This document shows positions 48,181 to 61,778 of a DNA stretch of 64,000 nucleotides, piece by piece. Origin of the DNA: an uncultured bacterium (GTDB lineage: Bacteria; Bacillota_I; Bacilli_A; RFN20; CAG-826); the NCBI GenBank assembly GCA_949283025.1, contig CASDRB010000004.1, positions 24,522 to 88,521 of the forward strand, written 5' to 3'. A program made the position numbers and the translations under genes. Positions within the stretch are counted from its first letter, which is position 1. Each line of letters opens with the position of its first letter. A model generated the notes under the pieces. It made no database searches. It was given only the letters and a program-made list of their open reading frames with translations, and had not been told where the DNA came from.

Positions 48181-48786
48181 ATGAACAATATCAATTTATT
48201 TTTGACATCATTTATAAATATTTATAGTGAAACTACCAGCAATGGTTCTGATTATCCAGGTATGCCTTCTGGTGATTCTTTCATTGGTAAAATCATACCC
48301 AATGTATGGGCATTTTTAGTGCAGATTTTAGCTTTGATTGTTTTAATTATTGTCTTTATAATTTTTGCTTATAAACCAGTTAAAAAAATAATAAAAAAAC
48401 GACAAGATTTCATACAGGAACAAATCGATTCGGCTCGCAATCAAAATCAAGAGGCTGAACAAAATTTGAAACAATCGCAAGCAAATATTATTGATTCATA
48501 TAAAAAAGCTGATCAAATTATTGAAGTCGCGAAAAAGCAAACATTATTGGAACAGCAAGAAATTATTGATAAAACAAAACAAGAAATTATAAAAATGAAG
48601 GATGATGCTCAAAAAGATATAGAATTAAAAAAGCAAGCCGCTCAAGAAGAGATCAAACAAGAAATTATCGATGTTGCCTTTATGGCGAGCAATGAATTGC
48701 TTCAAAGAGAAACCAAAACAAGTGATAACGAAAAGTTAGTTGAACAATTTATTAAGGATATCAAAAAGGAAGATGGAAACAACTAA
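48181..48786 (+). CDS. atpF: ATP synthase F0 subunit b
   Basis: TM then YKPV....KRQ..I and a long coiled coil. Confidence 0.92.
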   Translation: MNNINLFLTSFINIYSETTSNGSDYPGMPSGDSFIGKIIPNVWAFLVQILALIVLIIVFIIFAYKPVKKIIKKRQDFIQEQIDSARNQNQEAEQNLKQSQANIIDSYKKADQIIEVAKKQTLLEQQEIIDKTKQEIIKMKDDAQKDIELKKQAAQEEIKQEIIDVAFMASNELLQRETKTSDNEKLVEQFIKDIKKEDGNN

Positions 48787-49312
48787 AACCAAATATGCGA
48801 ATGCATTGTTTTCAATTGCTTTAGAGAAAAATAAAGTTATTGAATATCAAGATCAGGCAAAAAAACTATTGGATATTTTTAAAGTTAATCCAGAGTTTTT
48901 AAAATTTTTGGATTGTTCCTTTCTTCCTATTGACGTTCGTTTAAACGCACTGAATGACATTTTTAAAAATTGTTTCGACGAAGATATTTTCATTTTTTTG
49001 AAAATAGTAGTTAAAAAAAACCACGCTTTGATTTTGGCTGATATGCTAATCGATTTTTCGTCTTTATGCAATCAAAATCAAAACATTGGTGAAGGAATTG
49101 TTTATTCGACAATCCCGTTAAATGAAAATCAAATAAAAAAGATTTGCGATGCTTTGCAGCAGGTTGAAAAAAAGAAAATCGTTTTAAAAAACAAAATTGA
49201 TTCTTCATTAATTGGCGGTATAAAAATCGCAATTAATGATCGAGTTTATGATGGTAGTCTTTCTTTTAAACTTGACGCCATGAAGCAAAATTTACTAAAA
49301 GGGGGAGAATAA
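48773..49312 (+). CDS. atpH: ATP synthase F1 delta
   Basis: YANALF, D.SLIGG..I....VYDGS. Confidence 0.93.
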   Translation: METTKTKYANALFSIALEKNKVIEYQDQAKKLLDIFKVNPEFLKFLDCSFLPIDVRLNALNDIFKNCFDEDIFIFLKIVVKKNHALILADMLIDFSSLCNQNQNIGEGIVYSTIPLNENQIKKICDALQQVEKKKIVLKNKIDSSLIGGIKIAINDRVYDGSLSFKLDAMKQNLLKGGE

Positions 49313-49313
49313 T

Positions 49314-50837
49314 ATGAAAATTAACACAAATGAAATTTCCGCTCTAATCAAAGAACAAATTAAAAATTATTCGCATCAAATTGAAAGTGATGATGTTGGA
49401 ACCGTTGTTACAATTGGCGATGGAATTGCTATCATTTATGGATTGGACAAAGCGATGTTAGGTGAATTGGTCGTTTTCCCTCACGATATATATGGTATGG
49501 TAATGAATCTAGAAGAAGACCATGTTGGTGTCGTATTGTTAGGTTATTCTAACATCATTAAGGAAGGCGATTTAGTCAAACGCACCAAAACAGTTATGCA
49601 GACTCCAGTCGGCGATCAATTATTAGGAAGAGTAGTTAATGCTTTAGCTCAACCAATTGATGGTTTAGGAAATATTAAAACTAATAAAACGCGACCTATA
49701 GAGCGCATTGCTCCTGGCGTAATGACAAGAAAATCGGTCGATACGCCATTGCAGACTGGAATAAAGGCTATTGATGCTATGATTCCAATTGGTCGTGGTC
49801 AACGCGAATTGATTATTGGTGATAGACAAACTGGAAAAACTGCTATTGCAGTCGACACTATTATTAATCAAAAAGGAAAAAACGTTATTTGCGTTTATGT
49901 TGCAATCGGCCAAAAAAATTCAACGGTAGCACAATTGGTTGATAAATTAAAAAAACACGGCGCTATGGAATATAGCGTCGTATTGGCTGCAACTGCTAGT
50001 GAGCCTGCTCCGTTATTATATATTGCGCCTTATGTTGGCGTTGCAATGGCGGAAGAATGGATGGAGCAGGGCAAGGATGTTTTAATTGTTTATGATGACT
50101 TATCAAAACACGCAGTTGCTTATCGTACTTTATCATTGCTATTAAAGCGATCTCCTGGCCGCGAAGCATATCCTGGTGATATTTTCTATTTGCACTCTCG
50201 CCTATTAGAAAGAGCATGCAAATTAAATGAAAATTATGGTGGTGGTTCTATTACGGCGTTACCTATTGTTGAAACGCAAGCTGGAGATATTTCAGCATAT
50301 ATTCCTACCAATGTTATTTCTATTACCGACGGACAAATATTTTTGTTAACGGATTTGTTTAACGCTGGACAAAGACCTGCAATTGATAGTGGTTTTTCTG
50401 TGTCAAGAGTTGGTGGTGCCGCCCAAATTAAAGCGATGAAACAAGTTGCTGGTTCATTAAAAATCGATTTAGCAAACTACAATGAATTGAAATCTTTTGC
50501 TCAGTTTGGCTCAGATTTAGATTCTTCGACAAAGGCAATCTTACGACATGGGGAAGTATTATTGGAGGTTTTAAAGCAAGATCAATATTCTCCATATCCT
50601 GTCGAGCGTCAAATTTTTGAATTATTTATAGCTAAGGAACGATATTTAGAAGATGTAGCAACAGCAAAGATTAGACCAATGCTTAACAAAGCATATGATT
50701 ATGTTTATTCAAAGGATAAAACGATATTTAATGATATTGTTGTTTCAGGTCAATTATTGGCACCTTTGCAAGACAAATTAAAAGCAATCGTCGATGAATT
50801 TATGAGCGCTTTTAAAAACGAATATTTAATTAAATAA
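49314..50837 (+). CDS. atpA: ATP synthase F1 alpha
   Basis: [23 protein letters not shown]. Confidence 0.98.
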   Translation: MKINTNEISALIKEQIKNYSHQIESDDVGTVVTIGDGIAIIYGLDKAMLGELVVFPHDIYGMVMNLEEDHVGVVLLGYSNIIKEGDLVKRTKTVMQTPVGDQLLGRVVNALAQPIDGLGNIKTNKTRPIERIAPGVMTRKSVDTPLQTGIKAIDAMIPIGRGQRELIIGDRQTGKTAIAVDTIINQKGKNVICVYVAIGQKNSTVAQLVDKLKKHGAMEYSVVLAATASEPAPLLYIAPYVGVAMAEEWMEQGKDVLIVYDDLSKHAVAYRTLSLLLKRSPGREAYPGDIFYLHSRLLERACKLNENYGGGSITALPIVETQAGDISAYIPTNVISITDGQIFLLTDLFNAGQRPAIDSGFSVSRVGGAAQIKAMKQVAGSLKIDLANYNELKSFAQFGSDLDSSTKAILRHGEVLLEVLKQDQYSPYPVERQIFELFIAKERYLEDVATAKIRPMLNKAYDYVYSKDKTIFNDIVVSGQLLAPLQDKLKAIVDEFMSAFKNEYLIK

Positions 50838-50848
50838 TAAGGTATTTT

Positions 50849-53129
<2,281 letters not shown>

Positions 53130-53130
53130 T

Positions 53131-53523
53131 ATGAAATTAAATTTAAAAATTATTACACCTCGCGGCACATATTTTGAAGGACAAGTTGATTACTTAAGCG
53201 TCAAATCAGTAGACGGACAACTTGGTATTTTACCAAGACATACTCCATTGATAGCCCCCTTAGTTATTTCAAAACTCAGTTTTGTCAATAATCATGAAAC
53301 TAACGATTTTGCAATCAGCGATGGCGTTTTAATCGTTGAAAAAGAATTGACGACTGTTCTAGTATCGACTATCGAGTCAAAAAATGATATCGATTTGCAA
53401 CGTGCATTAGATGCTAAAAAAAGAGCCGAAGAGCGATTGGCTCACAGCGATGAAATTGATGTAAAAAGAGCGCAAGCATCTTTATCTAGAGCCTTAAATC
53501 GCATCAATGTGAAACAAAGTTAG
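53131..53523 (+). CDS. atpC: ATP synthase F1 epsilon
   Basis: I.TP, G.LGILP.H.P, ID..RA..AK.RAE. Confidence 0.95.
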   Translation: MKLNLKIITPRGTYFEGQVDYLSVKSVDGQLGILPRHTPLIAPLVISKLSFVNNHETNDFAISDGVLIVEKELTTVLVSTIESKNDIDLQRALDAKKRAEERLAHSDEIDVKRAQASLSRALNRINVKQS

Positions 53524-54361
53524 TAGCCAACATTTCATCAAATAATTGTTTATCGGAATCCACTTGATAATTATATCGAGTGGTTTTTTGTTGATCTTTG
53601 TCGACATATACTGCCCATGTTTTTATGTCGTAATCTAAATCGTATTTTGCATAAAGATAATCTTTTATATCACTTGAAATCAAAGAGTGTGAAAAAACTA
53701 AACTAGGAACGTTGCTAGTAGAAATAATTGGAAAAACATCCTGTCGGAAATATTCATAATAAGGCCAATAATTTTCTTCAATAATTTTTTCTTGATCTTT
53801 AAAATAGATTAAAAATTGATTACATTTTTCTAAAAAATTAATTGTTGATTCTAATTTATAGGCACTATAAATTTTACTTTTTAAACAAAATTCTAATAAA
53901 GCACTTTCAAAACTGCGATAAGAAGAATAACGAGAAGATGATAATGTCAAAACGTTTTCACCGTTTTTAAAAAACATAATTTTGGGCGTGACATCAAAAA
54001 AAGTTGGATATAGTTCTGAAATGTAAATAATATCACTACTTTGAGCAGAAAAAGAATATATTTGGAAAGGATGTTCCGCTAAAAAAGAATCAAAAAAACC
54101 ATCAACTTTTTGACAATTTAAACAATCTTTTGAGTGAAAATAGACGACGAAATCTTGCTTAGACTCAATCATCATTTGGATTTGGTCTCCGGTCAAAGAA
54201 GTTGGGAAAAAAGTCTCGGTTTTTTCATCATTACTTTTTATAAACCAATCTATGTTATTTGCTACATAAACTTTATTGGCATTATTGTTGCAACTAGTTA
54301 ATGCTGTGGAGGCAAATAATAATGGAATCATATTTAAGCATAAAAACAATCTATTTTTCAT
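53504..54361 (-). CDS. Lipoprotein with thioredoxin-like CxxC domain
   Basis: Lipobox LTSC. FVVYF....CLNC and TP...FFKNG (cis-Pro position). Confidence 0.7.
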   Translation of the reverse strand: MKNRLFLCLNMIPLLFASTALTSCNNNANKVYVANNIDWFIKSNDEKTETFFPTSLTGDQIQMMIESKQDFVVYFHSKDCLNCQKVDGFFDSFLAEHPFQIYSFSAQSSDIIYISELYPTFFDVTPKIMFFKNGENVLTLSSSRYSSYRSFESALLEFCLKSKIYSAYKLESTINFLEKCNQFLIYFKDQEKIIEENYWPYYEYFRQDVFPIISTSNVPSLVFSHSLISSDIKDYLYAKYDLDYDIKTWAVYVDKDQQKTTRYNYQVDSDKQLFDEMLATNFVSH

Positions 54362-54499
54362 AACTATTAGTATATCTATGATTAAAAATTTTAAAAGTAA
54401 AATTTATTTTAATTAATATATTAATTAGATATAGACTATTTTTTGCGTGCAAAAACCATAATTTATAGTAAAATATTAATATTGAAAGGAAATGAAATT

Positions 54500-55060
54500 A
54501 TGCATGCATGGCACGATGTGAGCCCACAACGAATTTCTAGTGAACATTTTTTAGCATTAATTGAAATATCAAAAGGCTCAAAAAATAAGTATGAATTAGA
54601 TAAACCCACTGGACATTTAATTTTAGATCGCGTTTTATATACATCAACTATCTATCCTCAAAATTATGGTTTTATTCCTCGTACTTATGCTCAAGATTTT
54701 GATCCTTTAGATGTTTTGGTATTGTGCAGCGAGTCTATTTTGCCAATGTCGTTTGTTCGAGCTAAACCAATTGGTGTATTAATCATGCAAGATAACGGAT
54801 TGATGGATGAAAAAATCATTGCCGTTGCTGAAGATGACCCGTTTTATTCAAATTACGATGACATTAAAGAAATACCTAGTCATATTATGGATGAAATTAA
54901 ACATTTTTTTACCGTATATAAGACATTAGAAGGAAAATCAACATATATCGATGAGGTATTCGGAAAAGAAAAAGCGAAGCAAGTAATAGAGGATTGTTTG
55001 GTTGAATATCACAAAAAAATTGAGCCAAAAGTAAAAGCAGAAAGAAATGCTAGACGATAA
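54500..55060 (+). CDS. ppa: Soluble inorganic pyrophosphatase (family I)
   Basis: KYE.DK, LDR, YP.NYGFIP.T, D.DPLDVL, D.KII, HFF..YK.LE. Confidence 0.95.
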   Translation: MHAWHDVSPQRISSEHFLALIEISKGSKNKYELDKPTGHLILDRVLYTSTIYPQNYGFIPRTYAQDFDPLDVLVLCSESILPMSFVRAKPIGVLIMQDNGLMDEKIIAVAEDDPFYSNYDDIKEIPSHIMDEIKHFFTVYKTLEGKSTYIDEVFGKEKAKQVIEDCLVEYHKKIEPKVKAERNARR

Positions 55061-55073
55061 TTCTAGCGTTTTT
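55045..55073. terminator. Possible bidirectional terminator overlapping the stops of ppa and the kinase gene
   Basis: AAATGCTAGA-7 nt-TCTAGCGTTT followed by T's. Confidence 0.45.
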
Positions 55074-55908
55074 CATTAATGCAATTAACAATTTTTTGAT
55101 ATTTTTCTTGTTTTATTTTGTCGTATATTTCTTGGAACGAATTTATGTACATCATCGATGCCCAATAATACCAAAGGATGTTTTCAAAATCGATAAAAGC
55201 ATTCACCTTTTTAATTTTGGTTTGATTTAAAGTTGAACCAAAGTAAGATTTTAAAAAAAACTTTGTTTGCAAATCATTTAAATTATTTTCAGATATAAAA
55301 GATGCTAAGTCGAAATAAATAGAATTCAATCCAGCAAATTCCCAATCAATAACAAATAATTTATCCACTTTAAATAATAAATTTCCTTGCACTAAATCGT
55401 TGTGACACAAAACCATTTTTTCTTTTTCTAAGATTTTTTTAACACGATTTAAAACCTTTCTTTCATATCGTCCATCAATTTTTTTATCACAAAATTTTTT
55501 GTATGTTATTATTCGATTGATGCAATCAAAAGATAATATATCGTCTTTTATAACATATTTATGCAATTTTTTTAAAAATTTTGCGACAGCTTTAATTTGG
55601 AAATCATTTGGCGTCAAATAATAAGGGCGAACACCATGAAAAAACTTTGAGATTTTATAACCTTTTTCATAATCGTATAAATAGCATGTTTCAACTTGTT
55701 TGTCTAATTTTAAATAATCAAGAATTTTATCTTCATTTTCATAATTAATAAATGGTTGGACATACGACTTGGGCATTTTTAAAACATAAGCATCGTTAAA
55801 TAAATATGTATCATTAGAAAACCCGCCTGTTAAAACATCAAATGATTTGATTTTTTTTAAACTTAAATCCTTAAAAATTGTTTTGACTTGTTTTAGTTTT
55901 TCGTCCAT
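55063..55908 (-). CDS. Choline/ethanolamine kinase (LicA/APH-like) phosphotransferase
   Basis: GG.SN, LCHNDL..GN, IDWEFAG, DLA. Confidence 0.85.
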   Translation of the reverse strand: MDEKLKQVKTIFKDLSLKKIKSFDVLTGGFSNDTYLFNDAYVLKMPKSYVQPFINYENEDKILDYLKLDKQVETCYLYDYEKGYKISKFFHGVRPYYLTPNDFQIKAVAKFLKKLHKYVIKDDILSFDCINRIITYKKFCDKKIDGRYERKVLNRVKKILEKEKMVLCHNDLVQGNLLFKVDKLFVIDWEFAGLNSIYFDLASFISENNLNDLQTKFFLKSYFGSTLNQTKIKKVNAFIDFENILWYYWASMMYINSFQEIYDKIKQEKYQKIVNCINEKR

Positions 55909-55967
55909 ATATGTATATTATCATTTTTTATCTTGATAAAAAACAAAAAAATAAATATCATTTATCT

Positions 55968-56498
55968 ATGATTCATATAGTTTTGTATCGTCCTGAAAAA
56001 CCGATGAATACTGGCAATATTATGAGAACATGTGTCGCTATAAAAGCTATGTTGCATATTATTGGTCCAATCACATTTTGCATCGATGAAAAAGCAGTGC
56101 AAAGAGTTGGAATGGATTATATCGACAAATTAAAATTTGAGTATCATGAAAATTATGAAGATTTTATAAAAAAATATCCATGTGCCAATATTTATTATTT
56201 AACTAGATATGGTTCAAAAATATATTCAAATTTTGATTTTAAAGATCCGTGCACGGATTATTTTTTGATGTTTGGAAGAGAATCAACTGGCATCCCTCAC
56301 GATATTTTGCGAAAGAATCCTAATCGTTTATTGCGAATACCTATGGTCAGCGATGTGAGAAGTTTAAACTTGTCTAACTGTGTTGCTTTGGTAGCTTATG
56401 AAGTTTTAAGGCAACAAAATTTTGAAAATTTAGCTACCCAGGAAGAGATTAAAGGTCCAGATTTTTTATTAAAAGAGGTTGAAAATGAAAGCGAATAG
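55968..56498 (+). CDS. trmL: tRNA (cytidine/uridine-34 2'-O)-methyltransferase
   Basis: HIVLY.PE.P.NTGNI.R.C, FGRESTG, RIPM, RSLNLSN. Confidence 0.93.
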   Translation: MIHIVLYRPEKPMNTGNIMRTCVAIKAMLHIIGPITFCIDEKAVQRVGMDYIDKLKFEYHENYEDFIKKYPCANIYYLTRYGSKIYSNFDFKDPCTDYFLMFGRESTGIPHDILRKNPNRLLRIPMVSDVRSLNLSNCVALVAYEVLRQQNFENLATQEEIKGPDFLLKEVENESE

Positions 56499-56955
56499 TT
56501 TTTTATTATCAATTTTTGGTATGTGTTTTTTATTGGTTGGATGCAAGCCTAATCAAAACGACATTAAAATAACTTTTGATTATGTTGAAAATGGTAAAAT
56601 AGTCACCATAAGTGGCCAACAATTATATAGTCAAACTATTTTAAAATCGCAATCTTTAGCGGTTTTATTTGGAGTTGACAATTGTGCGTCTTGTTCAAGC
56701 GCTTATGATAAACTAGATGCTTATTCAAAAACGATGCATTGCAATACATATTACATCAACATGACAAAAATAAGTGAAAATGATTATCAATACATTGTCG
56801 ACGCGACTAGTTATGCAAATGAGGCGTATGCTTTTCCAAGTTATGGAGAGACATTGAATTTGCCGATTATGTACTTATTTTCGCATCAAGGTGTCATCTT
56901 GACTGCTAATGATTTATTTGTAGATTATTTAACTAAATACTGCCAAGTAGAATAA
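56485..56955 (+). CDS. Lipoprotein with thioredoxin-like CxxC
   Basis: Lipobox LVGC. AVLF....CASC and LP...LF..G. Confidence 0.65.
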   Translation: MKANSFLLSIFGMCFLLVGCKPNQNDIKITFDYVENGKIVTISGQQLYSQTILKSQSLAVLFGVDNCASCSSAYDKLDAYSKTMHCNTYYINMTKISENDYQYIVDATSYANEAYAFPSYGETLNLPIMYLFSHQGVILTANDLFVDYLTKYCQVE

Positions 56956-56959
56956 AATT

Positions 56960-58345
56960 TTATAATCTATTTGCTTTTTTAATCATTTCTTTTGAATTTT
57001 TGTCAACCTGATTTAAACGAATAGTTTTATACTGTTTTAAATAAACTAATCCTAATTTATTGCCTTTTTTTACATCTTTTACATAACAATAGTCAATTTC
57101 TCCTGCATCTTTATTGGATAAAATTAAAGCTATTTCTCCTGCTAATTTTAATTGAGAATCATTTAATTGATTAGTTTTAATAATTACGTGGGCACCAGGA
57201 TAATTGTGAATGTGGACAAAAATGTCTTTATAATGTGCTACTTTAAAAGTTAGATGGTCATTTTGTAAATCGTTATGGCCAAAATAAATTGTAGCGCCAT
57301 CAATTTTTATATAGTAAGGTTGGTAGTTTTTAATTATTTTGCGATCTTGCTTTTTTATTTTTTGATGCGGAAGAATAATTGTTTCGATTTGTTTTAAATC
57401 TTGTTCATTTCCATTGTTAATTTGTTCAAGTAAATGCTGATAATAATTTAACTCATTATTAGCGATTTCAATTTGTTTTTGGGCTTCGATAATTTTGTTT
57501 TTCCCTTTTTTATACAATTTAAAACATTTTTCGGCATTTTTTATTGGCGATAATTCTTTTTGATATTCAAAATTGAATTCGGCAAAAGATTGTATCAACT
57601 CGTCAATTGATTGATAATAGCACAATTGACCTAATTGTTGATAAGATAATAACGACTCGCCTTCTTTAACTTCTTGTTCTAAAATTGGAATTTTTCTTTT
57701 CAACAATTTAATTTTTGATTTTATTTGCAAATACAATTTTTCAAAAATTTGCTTTTTTCTTTCATTCAATGCTGTTTGATAAACTTTTTGTCCAAGTTTA
57801 TTTAATCTTTCAAATGTGATATCATCTGATTTTTCATCTGCTGCCATTTTAATAGGTGGTGCGTATTGATGATTTAATAAAATACTTCTTTTTTCGTGTT
57901 CTTGATTGTAATGCATTGCAAATAAAATAGAGTTTTTATCATCGGTTACAATTAGATTAGGACAAAAAGGAATGATTTCAAAATAAATATGTTTAATTTC
58001 ATATTCAAATGCATTGATATTTCTTTTAATGCTAATTTTTAATATATTATCATCATTGAATTGGCAAACGTCGTAAATAAAGCCATCCTTGATTTGATGT
58101 CTTAATTGCTGCGAAAAGCCATTATCGATTGTCGCAATTGAATCGATTTGATTTAATTCGCATAACATCGGATTATTTTTGTCGAAATATGCAAATAATT
58201 TTCCTTGCCGATAAAACGAAAAAGAAAATAATATTGCTTTAGAATTTACAATTGTCACATTAGACAAATGATTTCTAATTATTTTTTGTTTTATATTGTT
58301 GACAATAGATGAAAAACTCGACGTGTTAATTCTTAATCTTGTCAT
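56960..58345 (-). CDS. NFACT/Rqc2 family (RqcH/FbpA-like) ribosome quality control protein
   Basis: NFACT-N (E......NLI..D), coiled coil with NA...FK.YKK, NFACT-R G.N..QND.LT, H....PGAHV. Confidence 0.85.
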   Translation of the reverse strand: MTRLRINTSSFSSIVNNIKQKIIRNHLSNVTIVNSKAILFSFSFYRQGKLFAYFDKNNPMLCELNQIDSIATIDNGFSQQLRHQIKDGFIYDVCQFNDDNILKISIKRNINAFEYEIKHIYFEIIPFCPNLIVTDDKNSILFAMHYNQEHEKRSILLNHQYAPPIKMAADEKSDDITFERLNKLGQKVYQTALNERKKQIFEKLYLQIKSKIKLLKRKIPILEQEVKEGESLLSYQQLGQLCYYQSIDELIQSFAEFNFEYQKELSPIKNAEKCFKLYKKGKNKIIEAQKQIEIANNELNYYQHLLEQINNGNEQDLKQIETIILPHQKIKKQDRKIIKNYQPYYIKIDGATIYFGHNDLQNDHLTFKVAHYKDIFVHIHNYPGAHVIIKTNQLNDSQLKLAGEIALILSNKDAGEIDYCYVKDVKKGNKLGLVYLKQYKTIRLNQVDKNSKEMIKKANRL

Positions 58346-58433
58346 GTTTTAATTATAACTTGATTTTATTTATATTTAAGATGAAATAATTTAAAAATGT
58401 TGAATAAATCTATGAATAATGTCAATAATCTCG

Positions 58434-58462
58434 TTGACTAAAAAAAACATAATTAGTATAAT
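58434..58462 (+). promoter_or_regulatory. Sigma-A promoter of the gmk-priA operon
   Basis: TTGACT-17 nt-TATAAT. Confidence 0.7.
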
Positions 58463-58479
58463 TATCGCATTATAAGATT

Positions 58480-59058
58480 ATGAAAAAAGGCTTATTAATC
58501 ATTCTTAGCGGACCAAGTGGGGTTGGCAAGGGCACTATTCGAAAAAAAATTTTTCAAAATGAGTCGTTGAACCTTGTTTATTCGATTTCTATGACCACTC
58601 GTCAACCACGAAAAAAGGAAATTCCAAATGTTGATTATTTTTTTGTGAGCAAAGAAGAATTTGAAAAATCAATAGCTAACGATAACTTTTTGGAATATTG
58701 TCAATTTGTTGGCAATTATTATGGCACTCCAAAAGATAAAATCGAAAAATGGCGTGAGCAAGGAAAAAATGTTTTTTTAGAAATAGAAATTAATGGTGCT
58801 TCACAAGTTATGTCAAAAATGAAAGGCGAAGATATTATTTCTATTTTTTTAATTCCTCCTTCTTTTGAAGCATTAGAAGAAAGAATTAGAAGACGAAAAA
58901 CTGAATCTGAAGAAGTTATTCAAGAAAGATTGGCGAAAGCCCGTCGTGAGATGAATAAATTTAATGGATATGATTATGTTGTGGTCAATGACGATGTTAA
59001 TCGTGCCGCTAATGAAATAATGTCTATCATAATTAATAAAATTGAATCAAATAAATAG
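58480..59058 (+). CDS. gmk: Guanylate kinase
   Basis: GPSGVGKGT, SMTTR.PR, YYGTP, PPS...L..R. Confidence 0.96.
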   Translation: MKKGLLIILSGPSGVGKGTIRKKIFQNESLNLVYSISMTTRQPRKKEIPNVDYFFVSKEEFEKSIANDNFLEYCQFVGNYYGTPKDKIEKWREQGKNVFLEIEINGASQVMSKMKGEDIISIFLIPPSFEALEERIRRRKTESEEVIQERLAKARREMNKFNGYDYVVVNDDVNRAANEIMSIIINKIESNK

Positions 59059-59060
59059 TT

Positions 59061-61262
59061 ATGGGTATTAGAATTGTTGAACTTTTAATTGAATATTCTA
59101 CTCTTAGTTTAAATCGCCCATTTACCTACATATATTTAAAAGATAAATTAATTGATCGCGGTTTTCGTGTTTTAGTCGAATTTAACAACCGAAAAATTGT
59201 CGGTTATGTTTTAAAAGTCGAAGCAACTAATAAAACCAAAGAACAATTACAAGAAGATTATGGTTTTAAAATAAATGAGATTATCGATGTGATAGACAAC
59301 GCTTCTCTTTTAGATGATAATCTATTAGAATTAGCTGACATAATAAGCAATTATTATCTTGCTCCAAAAATTGCTGTTTTGCAAGCTATGCTTCCTCCAT
59401 CATTAAGGCCTGCTAAATCCTTTTTTAAAGCTCCTAAAATTGCTTATGATCAATATTTGATTGTTAAAGACATTAATGAAGAAGGACTCAGCCCTAAACA
59501 AATCGAAATATTGCGTTTCATTGCTGGCGAAGAAAAAGTATTAAAAAAAGAGATAAAATCGATATCTGTTGTTAAAAAGTTGTTGGATTTAGGCAAACTT
59601 GATATTGTTTATAAAGAAAAAAATAGACTTGAATTACCTAGTTTTGAATATAGTGAACCAAAAATTTTAAATAACGAACAAAAGAAAGTTGTTCAACAAT
59701 TTTTATCAAGCGATGAACAAGTATATTTATTACAAGGGGTGACTGGGTCAGGAAAAACCGAAGTATACTTGCATATATGTGATGAGTATTTAAAACAAAA
59801 TAAAACAATTTTAATGCTAGTTCCAGAAATATCTTTAACCCCAATAATGAGCGAAAACTTTATAAGACGTTTCAAAGGACAAGTGGCCATTTTGCATTCA
59901 GAATTAACTCCTGCTGAAAAATATGATGAGTATCGACGAATAGCACGAGGCGAAGCCAAAGTAGTAGTGGGTGTAAGAAGCGCTATTTTTGCTCCATTAA
60001 AAGATATAGGTGTTATCATATTAGATGAGGAGCATACAGAATCTTATAAACAAGACACGACCCCGTTTTATCATGCTCGTGAGGTCGCTATTTTTAGAGC
60101 AAAGCAATACGGGGCAAAAGTGTTGTTAGGTTCCGCTACTCCCTCGTTAGAATCAAGAGCTAGAGCGCAAAAAGGTATTTATCATTTTTTGCGTTTAGAC
60201 AAAAGAATAAATGAACAAATTTTGCCTTTAACTACTGTCGTCAACATGCTTGATTATCATAATATTGATCGAGATTCATATATCTTTTCTAAAAAATTAA
60301 GAGAAGAAATACAACTATGTTTATCAAAAAAAGAGCAAATTATTTTATTGATTAATCGACGAGGTTTTTCCACGTCGATTTCTTGTCGAAAATGCGGTCA
60401 TGTTTTTAAATGTCCTAATTGCGGCATTGCTTTAACCTACCATCAAAAGGATAATATGTTAAAATGCCATCATTGCAACTATATGGAACTGATGAGCGAT
60501 GAATGCCCAGAATGTGGATCGACGCAATTTTTAAAAACTGGTTTTGGCACCGAAAGAATCGATGATGAAATTCATCGATTATTTCCCGATGCTAAAACTT
60601 TAAGATTGGATTCTGATACAGCAAAAATTAGAACTAAAATTCAATCGACTGTAGAGGCGTTTAGACAACACAAAGCCGACATATTAATTGGAACACAAAT
60701 GATTGCTAAAGGCCATGATTTCCCTAATGTCACATTAGTAGGTATCGTTTTGGCAGATATTGGTTTAACTATGCCTAATTATCGAAGTGCTGAACGAGTT
60801 TTTCAATTGATTACGCAAGCGATAGGGCGCTCTGGTAGAGGCGATAAAAAAGGGAGGGCTATAATTCAGACATACACACCATCTCATTATGCTATTACTA
60901 TGGCGGCAAGACAAAATTATGATTTATTTTATAAGCAGGAAATGCAAATTAGAAAATCACAATATTACCCACCATATTGCTTTATGGCTTCGATTAATAT
61001 TTCTAGTGCAAATGAAGAAATATGTATTGAAACTGCCTATACTTGCGCAATGGATTTAAAACAACAATTTTCAAACGAAGGTGAAATTATAGGACCCAGC
61101 GCCCCATATATTAGTTTTTTAAATGGCAAATATACAAGAGTTATACTTATAAAGTATAAAAATAATGAATTAGCCATGAATATTTTTAAGAAAGTTATTG
61201 AATCAACATCTCACAAATCACAGATCAAAGTGGAATTAAAAATTGACCCATATGATTTTTAA
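59061..61262 (+). CDS. priA: Primosomal protein N' (replication restart helicase)
   Basis: GVTGSGKT, LVPEISLT, DEEH, four CxxC pairs, GTQM.AKG.DFP. Confidence 0.96.
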   Translation: MGIRIVELLIEYSTLSLNRPFTYIYLKDKLIDRGFRVLVEFNNRKIVGYVLKVEATNKTKEQLQEDYGFKINEIIDVIDNASLLDDNLLELADIISNYYLAPKIAVLQAMLPPSLRPAKSFFKAPKIAYDQYLIVKDINEEGLSPKQIEILRFIAGEEKVLKKEIKSISVVKKLLDLGKLDIVYKEKNRLELPSFEYSEPKILNNEQKKVVQQFLSSDEQVYLLQGVTGSGKTEVYLHICDEYLKQNKTILMLVPEISLTPIMSENFIRRFKGQVAILHSELTPAEKYDEYRRIARGEAKVVVGVRSAIFAPLKDIGVIILDEEHTESYKQDTTPFYHAREVAIFRAKQYGAKVLLGSATPSLESRARAQKGIYHFLRLDKRINEQILPLTTVVNMLDYHNIDRDSYIFSKKLREEIQLCLSKKEQIILLINRRGFSTSISCRKCGHVFKCPNCGIALTYHQKDNMLKCHHCNYMELMSDECPECGSTQFLKTGFGTERIDDEIHRLFPDAKTLRLDSDTAKIRTKIQSTVEAFRQHKADILIGTQMIAKGHDFPNVTLVGIVLADIGLTMPNYRSAERVFQLITQAIGRSGRGDKKGRAIIQTYTPSHYAITMAARQNYDLFYKQEMQIRKSQYYPPYCFMASINISSANEEICIETAYTCAMDLKQQFSNEGEIIGPSAPYISFLNGKYTRVILIKYKNNELAMNIFKKVIESTSHKSQIKVELKIDPYDF

Positions 61263-61322
61263 AATACTTTTTTAGTATTTTGTGTTAATATATATTTTGT
61301 TAAAGAAGGAAGAAGCAAAAAT

Positions 61323-61778
61323 ATGATCATTATTAAAGTGATTGGATTAGATCAATTTATTGTTGGAAGAATTTCTAAAGATGTGAGTAAAAGCGTCGCT
61401 AATTTGTATGAAGTCGATTTAGATGATGTGAATTTCGTCGCTCCAAATTGCATGATTTTTCATAATGGAGTGGAACAAACATCTTGGCATGTCATCATTG
61501 ATGTAAATGCTCCTAAAAAAGTAGAAGTGCTGCAATCTGAGATGGCAAAATTATTAATAAAAACTTTTAAAGACGTTGCTATCAATGTCGAAGTATTATT
61601 CCATTATTATAGTGTTGATAATCGTTATATTGATATTAATTTAGACTATCCTAGATATATTAGCGAGTCCAATATCGTCGGTATTCAAGAAAATGATGAA
61701 GAGGAAAGCGAAATTGATGAGCAAGAAATTTTTTCTGGGAATATATTTGAAAGAGTTTTTAAAGAAGATGATAAGTAG
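61323..61778 (+). CDS. Hypothetical protein (possibly DUF1904/tautomerase-like fold) with acidic tail
   Basis: Beta-alpha-beta pattern and a D/E-rich C-terminus. Family call is tentative. Confidence 0.5.
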   Translation: MIIIKVIGLDQFIVGRISKDVSKSVANLYEVDLDDVNFVAPNCMIFHNGVEQTSWHVIIDVNAPKKVEVLQSEMAKLLIKTFKDVAINVEVLFHYYSVDNRYIDINLDYPRYISESNIVGIQENDEEESEIDEQEIFSGNIFERVFKEDDK

